From assembly GCA_002633005.1 (NCBI GenBank), contig NMRA01000363.1:394549-458548 (forward strand): a stretch of DNA of 64,000 nucleotides, in the 5' to 3' direction. Below, piece after piece: positions 51,500-64,000 of this stretch (the first letter of the stretch is position 1; each line of letters begins with the position of its first letter). The position numbers were made by a program, and so were the translations under genes. Source of the DNA: Phoronis australis (lineage: Eukaryota; Animalia; Phoronida). The notes below the pieces were generated by a model. The model saw only the letters and a program-made list of their open reading frames with translations, was not told where the DNA came from and did no database searches.

Positions 51500-52757
51500 C
51501 TAATACAATGACAATTTGTTGGACGGAATTAAATTTTGGGTTGTATTGTCGGAATAGCAGTTGAATATTGATTCAGGTATGTAGGAGTTTTAATGTGTCT
51601 GGTTGGATTATATTGCATGGGCTTACTAAGGAAGTTGATAGTGTAAAAATACTTAGGAAGCTGATTATTTAGGAATTTGTAGTAAAATTTTACAGTTGAG
51701 ATTTTAAAGATGTCTTGAAGTAGAGGGAGGCGAAGTTCCTTATATATGGGCAGCGTGAGCATTATAACTGGAATTTGATATACATGTATTCCAAAGGATT
51801 CCTGCTGGGCTGTCTGGAGTTTCTTAGGGTTGTCAATTTATATATGAGTCCACCGAGATTGTTAACTTTGTTAGAGATGAGGTTTATGTGGGGGGCATGA
51901 GAGGTTTTTGTCAACGGTAATACCAAGGAAAGGAAAACTCTTCACATGACATATTGTTTTTGCTATTTATATCAATGGTGGGAATAATACATTTTTCAAT
52001 TTTCTTTTGAGGGTGGTGGAATATCATTAATTTACTTTTTGACTTGTTAATTGAAAGTTTGTTCTCGGAAAACCAGTCTGAAAAATATTTAAGGTTGTTG
52101 TTGATGGTGGTTGGTTGCTGTAAAGTGTGTTGGGAAGATTCAGTCAGTCTGTAAGGTGTGACGAAGCAAGTGTCGTCAGCATAAAGAAGTGTGTCCATGG
52201 GAGAAGAAAACGAAAGATCAATTATGTAAATTAAGAAGAGAAGTGGGCCAAGGAGAGAGCCTTGGGGAACGCCGGTAGATATTGGAAACCAACTGGAAGT
52301 TGTGTCTCTCAGTGAAACATATTGGGTGCGGTTTGAGAGATAATTTTTAAACAGTGTATATTCAACTCCAGTAGTACCATAGTGATTTATCTTTTGCAAG
52401 AGTATTTGGTGGTCTATTGTGTCGAAAGCTTTAGAGAGATCGAGAAAGATGGCCTGGGGATTCATGTCATTATCAAGATGGGAACAAATGCGGTCTTAAA
52501 GTACAAGCGAAGCAAGTTCTGTAGAGTGACATTTCCTGAAGTCATATTGATGTTTATAAAGAATATCATTTTCATTTAGGAAAGTGGAAAGTTGTGTACG
52601 GATAATTTTTTCTATAATTTTTGACGTTGTTGGGAGAATAGAAATGAGTCCATAATTGTCCGGGTGCTCTGGGTCCAAACCATGTTGTTTAAAAACTGGG
52701 ATTTCCTTAGCAATCTTTAGAGCATCTGGAAATATACCAGCATGCAAGCACATTTTT
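51500..52757 (-). mobile_element. CR1/L2-group LINE RT fragment, disrupted
   Basis: GIFPDALKIAK..PVFK, FLDLSKAFDTIDH, GVPQGSLLGPLLFLIYI, YADDT. Confidence 0.9.
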
Positions 52758-52903
52758 GCCGAAGTGTTATACAGAATATGAAGTTTCAATTCCGTCAAGC
52801 CACCCAGACCACGTCTGAGACTTAAGATATGTTTTGCGCTCGGTTACGGACGCTTGCAAAATATTGCGATTTCGCTGACGTTGATCGGGAGATCAAATCA
52901 CAG

Positions 52904-55900
52904 ACTAGAAAGATTATTGCCACGGCGTGACAATAACGGACTCTGCGCGTGCGTATTACTGGATTTATTATGGGAAGTTACTAACAGCAACCCGCTCACC
53001 AATATGAAAAGGAATTCTTTAAAATTGTAGGAGAAATTACATCTTAATTTTTGATGACCTTTACACTAATTGACCTCTTCCGGTGCATTATGAACCCCGA
53101 TGAGGGAGAACTTGTCAACTCGATTAAAAGTGTGGTCAATGCTCAAAATCACACGTTTTACTTTAAGCACTTCAGAATAAGGGAAAAGTGCACCTAATGA
53201 CTCCATGGGTGCACCAAATGACCTGAAAATTTACAATTCAAACTCAATCGCACTTAGTAAACAGACATGTAATTTTGAAGTCTCTAGCTCAAAATTTTAG
53301 TTTGCACTCAATGACCTTTGACCTATTTTTTCTGATTGGTTAGGCCTATTGCAAAGAAAAGTAGGGTATTCAATTGGCGCGTTGACTTACACCAGTGTGT
53401 TGAAATTGAAAAGAATTCCTTGAAAAACGTAAGAGATATAACATTTTGAACGTTACATGACATTTGCACTAATTGACCTTATCCGGTGCATTATAAGCGT
53501 CTTTAGGAGAATCATTGCAAAACCCATGAAACATATGTTTCATGCTGAGAATCACAGTTGTCTAACGGTTGACACATCAGAATACTTGCTGATTGAAAAG
53601 GTCAAATTTTCAGAAGAAAAATGCACCTAATGACTTCATGTTTGCACTAAATGACCTGAAACTTTGGATTCCGAATTGAACTACCTGTGCCAATCAGAAA
53701 TGTGAATTTGAAGTGTCTAGCTCAACATTTTAGTTTGCACCTAATAACCTTTGACCTACTTAACCTGATTGGTTGACCCGATAACTTAGAAAAGTAAATT
53801 TTTGAATTGTCATGTTGACTTATACCTGTGCACCGAACTTGAAAAAGATAGCTTTAAAACTGAAGGAGGAGTAGCACTTTGAATATTATATGACCTTTGC
53901 ACAAAACGACCCCTTCCGGTGCATTATGGAATATGATTATATAACGAATCAAAATTTACGTACTGTCAAAAGTCATATGCTGAATTTAAAGAACGTACTT
54001 GCACCCAATTTGGAGTTATTAAGCCTCAAAGTTGGTCGTAAGAAGAATAAGAAGAATAAGAACTAGAAAAATTATTGTCACGGCGTGACAATAACGGACT
54101 CTGCGCGTGCGTATTACTGGAATTATTATGGGAAGTTACTGACAGCAACCCGTTTACCAATATGAAAGTGGAATTCTTTAAAATTGTAGGAGAAATTACA
54201 TATTAATTTTTTGATGACCTTTCCACTAATTGACCTCTTCGGGTGCATTATGACCCCCGATGAGGGAGTAATTGTTAACTCGATCAAAAGTGTGGTTAAT
54301 GCTAAAAATCAGATGCTGTACTTTAAGCACTTCAGAATACAAGATGAATGAAGTGGTCAAACTTTCAGAAAAAAAATGCACCTAATGACCACATAGGTGC
54401 ACCGAATGACCTGAAAAATTAGAATTCGTACTCAATCGCACTTAGTAAACAGATACGTAATTTTGAAGTCTCTGGCTTAAAATTTTAGTGTGCACTCAAT
54501 GACCTTTGACCTATTTTTTCTGATTGGTTAGGCCTATTGCTAAGCAAGGTAGGGTATTTAATTGGAATGTTGACTTACACCAGTGTGCTGAAATTGAAAA
54601 GAATTCCTTGAAAAACGTAAGCGATATAACATTTTAAACGTTACATGACCTTTGCACTAATTGACCTTATCCGGTGCATTTTAAGCGTCTTTAGGAGAAT
54701 TATTGCAAAACCCATGAAATATGTGTTTAACGCTGAGAATCAAAGTTGTCTAACGGTTGACACATCAGAATACTTGCTGATTGAAAAGGTCAAATTTTCA
54801 GAAGAAAAATGCACCTAATGACCTCATGTTTGCACTAAATGACCTGAAATTTAGGGTTCCGATTTGATTTACCAGTGGCAATCAGACATGTCAACTTGAA
54901 GTGTCTAGCTCAAAATTTTAGTTTACACCTAATGACCTTTGACCTATTTCACCTGATTGGATGACCCGATTACTTAGAAAAGTATTTTTTTAAAATGTCA
55001 TGTTGACTTATACCAGTGCACCGAATTTGAAAAAGATAACTTTAAAACTGAAGGAGGAGTAGCATTTTGAGCATTACATGACCTTTGCACCAAATAACCT
55101 CTTACGGTGCGTTATGGAATATGATTATATAACGAATCAAAATGTATGTACTGTCAAAAGTGATATGCTGAATTTAAAAACCGTACCTTCACCCAATTTG
55201 GAGTTATTAAGCCTCAAAGTTGGTCGGAAGAAGAGTAAGAAGAACTAGAAAGATTATTATCACGGCGTGACAATAACGGACTCTGCGCGTGCGTATTACT
55301 GGAATTATTATGGCAAGTTACTGACAGCAACCCGTTTACCAATATGAAAAGGAATTCTTTAAAATTGTAAGAGAAATTACATATTAATTTTTTGATGACC
55401 TTTCCACTAATTGACCTCTTCCGGTGCATTATGAGCCCTGATGAGGGAGTAATTGTTAACTCGATTAAAAGTGTGGTTAATGCTAATAATCACAGATGTT
55501 TTACTTTAAGCACTTCAGAATACAAGATGAATGAAGTGGTCAAACTTTCAGAAAAAATGCACCTAATGACCCTATGGGTGCACCAAATGACCTGAAAATT
55601 TAGAATTCAAACTCAATCGCACTTAGTAAACAGATACGTAATACTGAAGTCTGTAGCTCAAAATTTTAGTTTGCACTCAATGACCTTTGACCTATTTTTT
55701 CTGATTGGTTAGGCCTATTGCAAAGTAAAGTAGGGTATTCAATTGGCATGTTGACTTACACCAGTGTGCTGAAATTGAAAAGAATTCCTTGAAAAACGTA
55801 AGACGTATAACATTTTGAACGTTACATGACCTTTGCACTAATTGACCTTATACGGTGCATTTTAAGCATCTTTAGGAGAATTATTGCGAAGCCCATGGAA

Positions 55901-56543
55901 AATGTGTTTAACGCTGAGAATCACAGTTGTCTAACGGTTGACACATCAGAATACTTGCTGATTGAAAAGGTTAAATTTTCAGAAGAAAAATGCACCTAAT
56001 GACCCCATGTTTGCACTAAATGACCTGAAAATTCCGATTTGATTTACCTGTGGCAATCAGACCTGTCAATTTGAAGTGTCTAGCTCAAAATTTTAGTTTG
56101 CGCCTAATGACCTTTGACCTATTTCACCTGATTGGATGACCTGATTACTGAGAAAAGTAATTTTTTAAATTGTCATGTTGACTTATACCTTTGCGCCGAA
56201 TTTGAAAAAGATAGCTTTTAAACTGAAGGAGGAGTAGCATTTTGAAAATTACATGACCTTTGCACCAAATGACCTCTTCCGGTGCGTTATGGAAAATGAA
56301 TATATAACGAATCAAATTCTATGTACTGTCAAAACAAGTATGCTGAATTTAAAAACCGTACCATCACCCAATTTGGAGCTATTAAGCCTCAAAGTTGGTC
56401 GGAAGAAGAATAAGAAGAATAAGAATAAGAATAAAATTGAAGAAAACCCAGGAACAACAGTACTCTGCGCTTACACGCGCAGAGTAATAAAATTGAAGAA
56501 AACCCAGGAACAACAGTACTCTGCGCTTGTACGCGCAGAGTAA
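52904..56543 (-). mobile_element. Head-to-tail trimer of a ~1.17-kb non-autonomous Helitron/Helentron (family B)
   Basis: Units start at 52904, 54062 and 55244. Each has the palindrome TTATTGTCACG-G-CGTGACAATAA next to CTAG and an (AAGAAT)n microsatellite. Terminal hairpin TACTCTGCGC..GCGCAGAGTA is duplicated; no TSD. Confidence 0.85.
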
Positions 56544-57721
56544 TTATACAAAATAATACGATGAAGAAAGTGAGCCATAAAGGACTCACCGAACCATCGA
56601 TTAGCGTTGCGGATTTATTAACGTATGGACGCACGCAAGAAGCGGCAAACCAACAGTGTGTGGTGATGGCCCCACAAACTGTAAGTACTGTTGCTACAAA
56701 CCAAGTGCGTAGAAAACAGCCAGTTCCTCATACACAGCCGCACCGGCATAATCACAAACGTGAGGGAATTTCCGTGTAAAAGCGCTAAAATGTGGTGGTT
56801 GTGGGGACATTGAACGGATCGCCGAAAGTGCCCAGCAAGGGGAGAGAAATGCCATTGTTGCGGTATTCCTGAATCATTTTCAGTCCCAATGTCGCTCAAA
56901 ACCGACCGTAAGACCTCAACGATTTAGGGCCAATTCCACGAATTGGCTCAGCAGTCATCAATCAGATCGCTCGATTGTTTACAGCAATATGTATCGCATA
57001 GACAGCAAGTCCCCACAGTGCTGATCCCCCACACATGGTAGACATTACTATCAATGGCCAGATTGTTTCTATGGCATTAGACACTGGCGCCAAGTTTAGT
57101 ATGATCAATGAAGATGTGTGTTCAAACATTTGCGCAAACAATGAGCCCCTTGTACACTCACACGTCATACTTGTCGGCTATGGGGGTGCGGAATTCCGGT
57201 CACGTGAGGCCGAGGTCAACGTAACTCAAGATAATCAGGAGTATCGATTCCCCCTACTGGTCACAAGTCTATTAGGGCGTAATTGGCTTAATCGTTTGCG
57301 GCTGGACTGGAAACGAATGTACACGGCCACGAACAACGTGGAGGGCAGGTGTCTTTGAATGTCAATCCGGAGACCCCACCCGTCTACATGAAGGCACGCT
57401 TTACGTGAAAAAAGTCGAATCGGAGTTCAACCGATTAATAAATGATGGAGTGTTGAAGCCAGTGATCTCGCCACAGTGGGCTTCACCTGTGGTTCCCGTG
57501 TTGAAAAACTCAGCCGATGTTCGCATTTGTGGTGATTATCGTTCCGCGTTGAACAAAGCTGGATTGGTTGATAAGCACCCTATTCCACGATTAGACGATT
57601 TATTTAACAAACTTGCCGGTGGTCAGATATAAACTAAGCTGGACTTAAGCCACGCACATATCAACAGTTAGAGTTAGCTGAACCTTCGCAAAAGTTAAGT
57701 ACCCTCAAGTGCAAGATATTG

Positions 57722-58008
57722 CAGTGGCGGACTTAGGGCGGGGAGGGGCAAAGGGGCCATGCCCCCACTAAAATTCTACCAGATACCATTTGGCATTTCG
57801 GGTGCGTATTGCTGAGTAGCACATGCGCGCAACCAGGGGCCCTGAACAAACCGAGTTTACCGTTTCCTTTTTTTAGTCAAAGAGTCGGCAACCTGAAAAT
57901 TCGAGACCCCTGCATCCCTACATTTTAGGATGGGCGCTCGCATCTGCCGAAATTCTGGTTATTCCTGTGCCCGGGTCCCCCCTAACTCAAAATTGTGGAT
58001 CCGCCTCT
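57722..58008. mobile_element. CAGTGGCGGA-type MITE inserted in the Gypsy RT
   Basis: CAGTGGCGGACTTAG...GGATCCGCCTCT; termini resemble those of 6834-7153; splits RT before VYLDDI. Confidence 0.65.
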
Positions 58009-60441
58009 ATGTACACCGTGTATTTAGACGACATTTTGTTGGCTGGTCGTAACACAGCTGAGCATAAATCCAACAGGTTTTGGAAGTCTAAGTGACAACG
58101 GGTTTCGTTTCAAGAGAGAAAAATGCGTGTTCAATCAAACGTCAATCACTTATTTGGGACACCGTCTGGACGGGGCAGGCATACGAGCCACGAAAGAAAA
58201 AGCCACTGCGACTGTGCAGGCACCTGCCCCGCGCAACGTATCGGAGTTACGCTCGTACGTTGGGTGGCTTAATTACTACCACAAGTTTCTGGACAATTCC
58301 AGTTCTGTTTTGGCACCACTCTACAATTTGTTAGGCAACGGTGTCAAATGGCGCTGGGGCAAACGCGAAGCCCACGCGTTTCAACATTCAAAACGTTTGT
58401 TGACATCCACGAATTTGCTTGTACATTATCAGCCGGAATATCCGTTGTTGCTGAGCTGCGATGCTTGACTCTCCTATGTTGGCGCTGTATTATCACACGT
58501 ATTGGAAGACAATTCTGAAAGGCCGATAGCTTTTGCTTCTCGGACTTTAGCACCAGCTGAGAAAAGATACACACAGGATGATCACAAAGCATTGGCTATC
58601 ATCTTTGGAGTGAAACACGTTCCAGTTATTTGTATGGACGTAATTTCACAAAATTAACGGACCATTTGCCCCTGTTAGGGAATGCACGTGAGGACACCAC
58701 CATACCTGCTATGTGAAGCTCAGGTATAAACCATGGGCCCTAACGTTGTTGGGCTATAACTACGTGTTACGACAAAACTCTTGACAGTCTGACGGCAACG
58801 CCGACGCATTTAGTAGACTGCCGCTGGAGTGTAAACCGTTCCAGGTGTTCGTGCCTGAGGAAGTGGTTTTGTTCTAAACTCAGATGGATTTTACACCTGT
58901 CACTGTAGCCAAGATACAGCGCTGGACTCAACAAAATCCGATTTCGTCGGTTGTGTACCTTTGTGTCTTGCAAGGTTTTCCTGACACTGCGAATGATTTG
59001 ATAGCCCAATATTTTCCTGCCCACATGAGCTAACGGTTCAGGACGGATATTCGTTATGGGGAGAGCGTGTTAGCATTCCTTCTCAGGGGCGTACCGCCGC
59101 ACTAGATGAACTACACTGTTCACACCCTGGTATCGTCTGAATGAAGAACTTGGTACGTTCTTATATTTGGTGGCCGTCTATCGATGTGGGCATCGAGCAA
59201 TGTGTTCGGCAATGCCAGGCGTGTAAGTTAATAAATGCGCAGTCAACGCAACACGTCTAAGGTCACCCTTGGGAGTGGTCTGGAGTACCATGGTACCGAA
59301 TCCATATCGACTATGCGGGGCCGATGAAGAACGAGAAATACAATCTTGGAATTGTGGACGCTCACAGTAAATTTATCGACGCAAACCTCACCGACAGTAC
59401 TTCAACCGAGCCAACAGTCAGGAAATTACGTCAATACTTTACCACGCATGGCTGCCCGTAGTGATTGTGTCTGACAACGATTCTGGATTCGCCAGTGCTG
59501 ATTTGGCCATGTTCTGTCGGAACAAAGGTATTAAACATACTTTTAGTGCACCGTACCACCCTGCGAGTAATGGTGTGACCGAGGTTGCGGTTAAAATCGT
59601 CATGACCGGAATGGCCAGGTAGGATGCGAGATGCAAAGCCGCCGTTACACATTCTTAACGCGTCATCGCATTACACCACGCTTTTCGACAGGTAGACCAC
59701 CCGCAGAATTATTAATTTCGAGGAGGCCGCGTTCACGTTTGGACTTAGACGTGCCGGACTTCAAGCAACGTGGTCTACAGAAACAGGCATATGCTGAACG
59801 CGCAAACAATACACGTGACTTTTGTGCCGGAAACACGGTACTAGTGAGAAACTTTAGCAGGTTCACCCACCTGGGTTCCTGGTGTGATCATAGAAAAACG
59901 AGGACATGTGTCGTTTTTGGGTGAGTTAGCCTGTAAATGGATTTGGAGGCGTCAGGTAGACCACATAGTACGACGTGCACCGGAAGACAACCCACTTTCA
60001 AGGACATTTGACCCAATGCCAAGTAACTTGCCACCGCCACAAGCATTCGTAACGCCAACTCGGTCCACGGAACAACCTTCTGCGCCTTTGGTCGATCTTG
60101 CACATCCCTCTGCGAATTCGAACACTACCAACGTACGATTACCCGTAGAAAAAACACCAACTGATGCGTCTGTAGTTGTGACGCGTTCCGGAAGGAAATC
60201 AATCCAACCAGACAGACTGAAATTTAATTACTGCTTATTATGACTAGTTTCAGTGATGAGTAGGATTATCTTGCAGCACACAGCAGTGTGATACATCGTT
60301 TAGTTATGACTGGACACTTAGTATCGTTTTTCAAACAAGACTGTTGACAGTGTGTTACATACATATATGTGTTTTGTTTGAAGTGTGCCTCCTTGTTTAT
60401 TTACGTTTGCAGTAGGGCCTAGTTAGCTAAGGGTAGAAGAA

Positions 60442-60599
60442 TGTTGTGTATTGGTTTTTCATTAGAATGTAGTCACGTGGTATTTACGCCCACAGGCCAC
60501 GTGCTCGTCCCCTTCTTGTATTAGTTTTCTAAGTGAATATACGTATTATATTTTACTCTCATCTGTGTTCACGGTTTTACTGGTTCTACGAACACAACA
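60442..60599 (+). repeat. Short (158-bp) 3' LTR of the Gypsy element
   Basis: TGTTGTG...CACAACA termini, preceded by the purine tract AAGGGTAGAAGAA. Confidence 0.75.
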
Positions 60600-61000
60600 G
60601 TGTGTTAAGCTTATTTATCCGAGATTGTCCTCTTTTGAGTCTGTGAGGGGTACAGGGGTATAGGAGTTTCTCTATTATTTGTACAGAAAGATCTCGTAGA
60701 TTATGTTTTTGGAACTGAAAGGATTACCTATATTATCAGAAATGTTTTTATGTATTATATTAAATTTATGTTTGCGACACCGAGTTCGTAGATTATGTTG
60801 AGTTTGTCCCACATATTGAATGGAGCATTTTCCATATGTTATTAGGTAAATGATATTGTTGGTAGTGCAGTCAGAATAATGCTTCATTTCCAAGTGTTCA
60901 TTGGTGTGAGAAGACTGGAAAGAAGTAGTGTCGTTGATAAAGTTACACATTTTGCATCTAGATTCGTTACATTGTGTGTTGCCAATCGGTTTGTCAGTTT
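60600..61000 (-). pseudogene. Penelope-like (Neptune-type) zinc-finger linker + GIY-YIG endonuclease fragment
   Basis: QCNESRCKMCNFI...CTTNNIIYLITYGKCSIQYVGQT..LRTR...H...VQIIEK..INKLNT. Confidence 0.8.
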
Positions 61001-62309
61001 GGATTTTTGTTTACATTTTGGATTAACCAGTTTGGACTTTTCCATGAAGTAATGTAGCCACTGACAATGTATGATTTTTCAATTTCATCTGGAGAAAAAA
61101 TGGAAAGGATAGTGAGCAGATGGTTAAGGAAGTGGTTAGGTGTCCCACCAAGCTTTGCAAGACTCGTGTTATACATCAAAGGAGCTGCTGTTTCTCTACC
61201 GGTGACATCGATTAAGGAAGAGCTCAAGGTACAGTACAGCCACTGAATTTTTAGACTTCGTCCGGGCTACCTCACGCCTGGTCAGACCGCAGCGCAACCG
61301 GAACGCAGGCGTGACAGAAATCAGTCACGGTCGCCTCACGCCTACTCCCTGGGTAGTCCTCACGCTTTCCTCCGGTTTAGTTCACGCTTTCCTCAGGCTT
61401 TCTTCACGCCTTCGGTACCTGTGGTAACCATGGTAGGGCACCGGGCTAATCAATAAAAACACATGTAACGTCTTGATTGCCTGTTGTTTCGGACAAGTTG
61501 CAAAGACATTATAGTATATTATAGAGTATCTTTGCAAGCAGTCATCTATCACACTTAGGTTCCGACTAACTTTGCAATTCCACGTGTTGTTCATACAAAC
61601 GTCTTCCTTCAGCTCATCTTGTGTTACGGTTACATGTACATTTTCTATTTACGACTTAAGAGCCAATCCCACCAACGATATACATGTACAGTAACCACGG
61701 TTAGTAAATACGAATATACGCGACCCTGTGTCCAGAGTCGTCTTTACATGGCTGTGGACTCCTTGAAACTTGTCACAGCTGAATATAGTTAATTTGCCCT
61801 AAAAATAGCCTACGCATCTTGTGAAGTATTGTGTCACTCCGTAAATTTTTGCACCGCACTGGCGTACAGAAAATTTCAATAGGCCGCCATTCTGACATAA
61901 CCATCCCTTACGGCAAGCAAATGTTTTGACTAAAAAGTCCTCAATCCGTAGTGCAGTTTAATTATTTGTAGCCCCCTCCCCGTAGTACATGCGTTTCGAC
62001 TGAGTTCACAGTATCCCCGGGGTAATTCTTCACTAAAATAATAATAGCAGTGATCTGTTTGACTCGTCAAATGCATGGGCACGATCAGTTTTCTCCGCAT
62101 GAAGCTGGAACTTGGGATCAATGTGCTCAGAATTGACACGCTATGTTCCTTCATATCGTGAAGGCAATTGAATATTTCCGCCATGTACACGCGTGTTAAG
62201 ATTTTTTATTAGTTTATATAAAAACAAATAATTATATCTAAAGATTTTCTGTCCTCAGATCAGTTCAAGTTGGGTTTTTTACTTGGCTCCATATGTGAAA
62301 CTCTCCCAA

Positions 62310-63370
62310 CTCCTGTCAATCTTGGAATGTAGGGCAAAACTGAGAATGACCGCTGCAAAGAAGCTCTGACTACACGAAAGTACATCTGGCGCCATGACAA
62401 GAGACTTAACTGTATTGCACATGTTTTAGATCTGGAAAGAATGAAGGTGACTAACTCTGGCAAGGCATTCATCCAATTTTACAAAGGCGGAATACCCACT
62501 AAGAAGAGCGATTCGGGTGTGCTAGGCATGGCTGCCGACTGGAAGATAGTGGTGGATGTGGTCACTAGGGGTTCATTCCCGAGCCATATTGCAGTCACTC
62601 AGTTAAGACCAGACATAGTGTTGTGGTCAGGAAGTAAGAAGATAGTGATTTTGATAGAGATAACAGTACCGTGGGAGACTAGAGTGCAGGAGGCTCACGA
62701 AAAGAAACTACTCAAGTATGCAGAGTTATCGAAGGAGTGTACAGCGAATGGATGGAAATGCTTCTGTCTTCCCATAGAAGTTGGATGTCGAGGGTTTATG
62801 CATGTGACTGATAACGAAGCTAGTGGGTATTTCATTAAGAGCGCGAGCTGATATGGTCTGCAATAAGAGCGGCGGAGGAAGCAACCGTGTGGCTGTGATT
62901 ACAACGCGAGAAAAATGGCAATCCCAGCGTCAGCTGGATGTCTGGTCAGCCTTCAGAGACCTACCATCAGAGAGGGTTCTTGGCATGCAATGTGCAGGAA
63001 ATGGATGGAAATGCTTCCGTCTTCCCATAGAAGTTGGATGTCGAGGGTTTATGCATATGACTGATGACTAAGCTACTGGGTATGGGGGGGGGGGCTCGAA
63101 GGAGCCACCCATTTGGCGAAGTGGGCAAAAAGGTCCGCCCCTGAGAAACTAAAAGTCCGAGAATATGACACAAAAGTCCACTAAACAAGCACAGACGCGT
63201 AATTCACAGTGGTCCCCGTTTTCTCTTTTTGTTTTAGTCCGGCCGCTTTTTTCTTACCAAATGGTGCACAAGGTCAGGAATTTGAGCCCCCAATATTGAA
63301 GGCTCGGTGCGCGCATGCTAGGTCAAGATCGAAACCCACGATGAAGATGGACCCCTAGCTGACGACAACG
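62310..63370 (+). mobile_element. 3' fragment of a HERO/R2-group LINE with restriction-like endonuclease
   Basis: C...YIWRHD, LRPDIVLWS...ILIEITVPWE, KKLLKY..L, PIEVGCRGF; internal duplication (62740-62815 / 62990-63066) and a GC-rich insert in the probable 3' UTR. Confidence 0.85.
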
Positions 63371-63407
63371 CTGGCAGATACCGCCATGTTTACATGTAAG
63401 TACAAAC

Positions 63408-63530
63408 CTTGACAATTTTTTCCGTCCCCGGAATATCCATTTTTGCAACGACAACTGTAGGATCCATCCGTGTTTGAGCATTCGGCGTTTTTATGGCAGC
63501 TAGCAGTCCCAGTTGTGCATTCATCTATGT
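63408..63530 (-). CDS. cbEGF exon (most 5' visible) of EGF/Sushi transmembrane protein gene
   Basis: 123 nt, gtAG|AC...CAA G|GTTTGT, phase 1-1; [41 protein letters not shown] (6-Cys EGF with D-x-D-E-C calcium-binding motif). Not in the ORF track. Confidence 0.9.
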
Positions 63531-64000
63531 CTACAACATTAAATCAGTTTATAACGAGCTTTACAACAGAATCCGTATTTTCGTTTGACACTTGTGTGGT
63601 ATGATGATACATGTTTCATTGAGTCTGGGTATTAAAAAAACTGAAAACAAAGACGTCTCCCGAAATATAACAGAAATAATGACGTTGCAAGAGACTTAAC
63701 AATGTACTAGTTGTTTCACATGGATTAAGATTGTTAGCCTCACCACTAGACGAAATACCCATATCGACGAGCGAGGTGGAACAACATTCTCTGTTTACGT
63801 TTCTAAGAAGACTTTTTCGCCATAAGTAATTGCCTCGCCAGCGGTGTCTTTAGCCTACGGACAGCTGTCATAGTAAAATAGTTTTGAAGTATCAATGAAT
63901 AGTGTATGCCCCGAGAAGACCCCGGATCTTCCCTCGTTTTGAATTTAAAGAAAGCATCGTAATGTTGCAAGTTGGAATAAGGTAGACGTTTTTTGCATGG

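Larger units (their letters stand above)
52760..60599 (+). mobile_element. Ty3/Gypsy LTR retrotransposon, 5'-truncated and degenerate, with nested insertions
   Basis: gag (FRQATQ...RLRTLAKYCDF...EIKSQ|IIQ; zinc-knuckle remnants), protease LDTGA, RT WASPVVPV..ICGDY..YLDDI, RNase H LSCDA..RPIAFASRTL, integrase HPGI..WWP..HIDYAGP..PYHPASNG, then PPT and 3' LTR. Confidence 0.9.

Noticed and set aside
55214-56634. Short ORFs within the tandem trimer
   Set aside because: Not conserved as open frames between the repeat units.
51500-61000. LINE RT and GIY-YIG fragments as one hybrid element split by the Gypsy
   Set aside because: The reading frames do not join across the Gypsy, no TSD is present and the 5' LTR is missing. 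Independent fragments joined by deletion is simpler.

Overview
Eukaryotic genomic DNA, most consistent with an AT-rich invertebrate animal. One large minus-strand spliced gene spans the window. I can read 15 exons with GT-AG boundaries and matching phases: 9 calcium-binding EGF exons, 4 Sushi/CCP exons, a juxtamembrane+TM exon and an acidic cytoplasmic-tail exon (about 820 aa visible; the 5' end lies beyond position 64000). Its introns are packed with mobile-element remains. These include Tx1/L1, CR1/L2, LOA-like and HERO-like LINEs, Penelope-like elements, a Gypsy LTR element, and Kolobok-, Harbinger- and hAT-like MITEs. Two families of non-autonomous Helitron/Helentron-type elements are present: one forms a head-to-tail trimer inserted without TSD into the Gypsy gag, and the other carries a regular array of CTCF-like motifs. 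Most notable is a ~2.7-kb inverted-repeat-bounded 'mini-Polinton' that retains only major-capsid and maturation-protease remnants. No rRNA, tRNA or CRISPR array was seen. All family assignments rest on motif recognition by eye, not on database searches.
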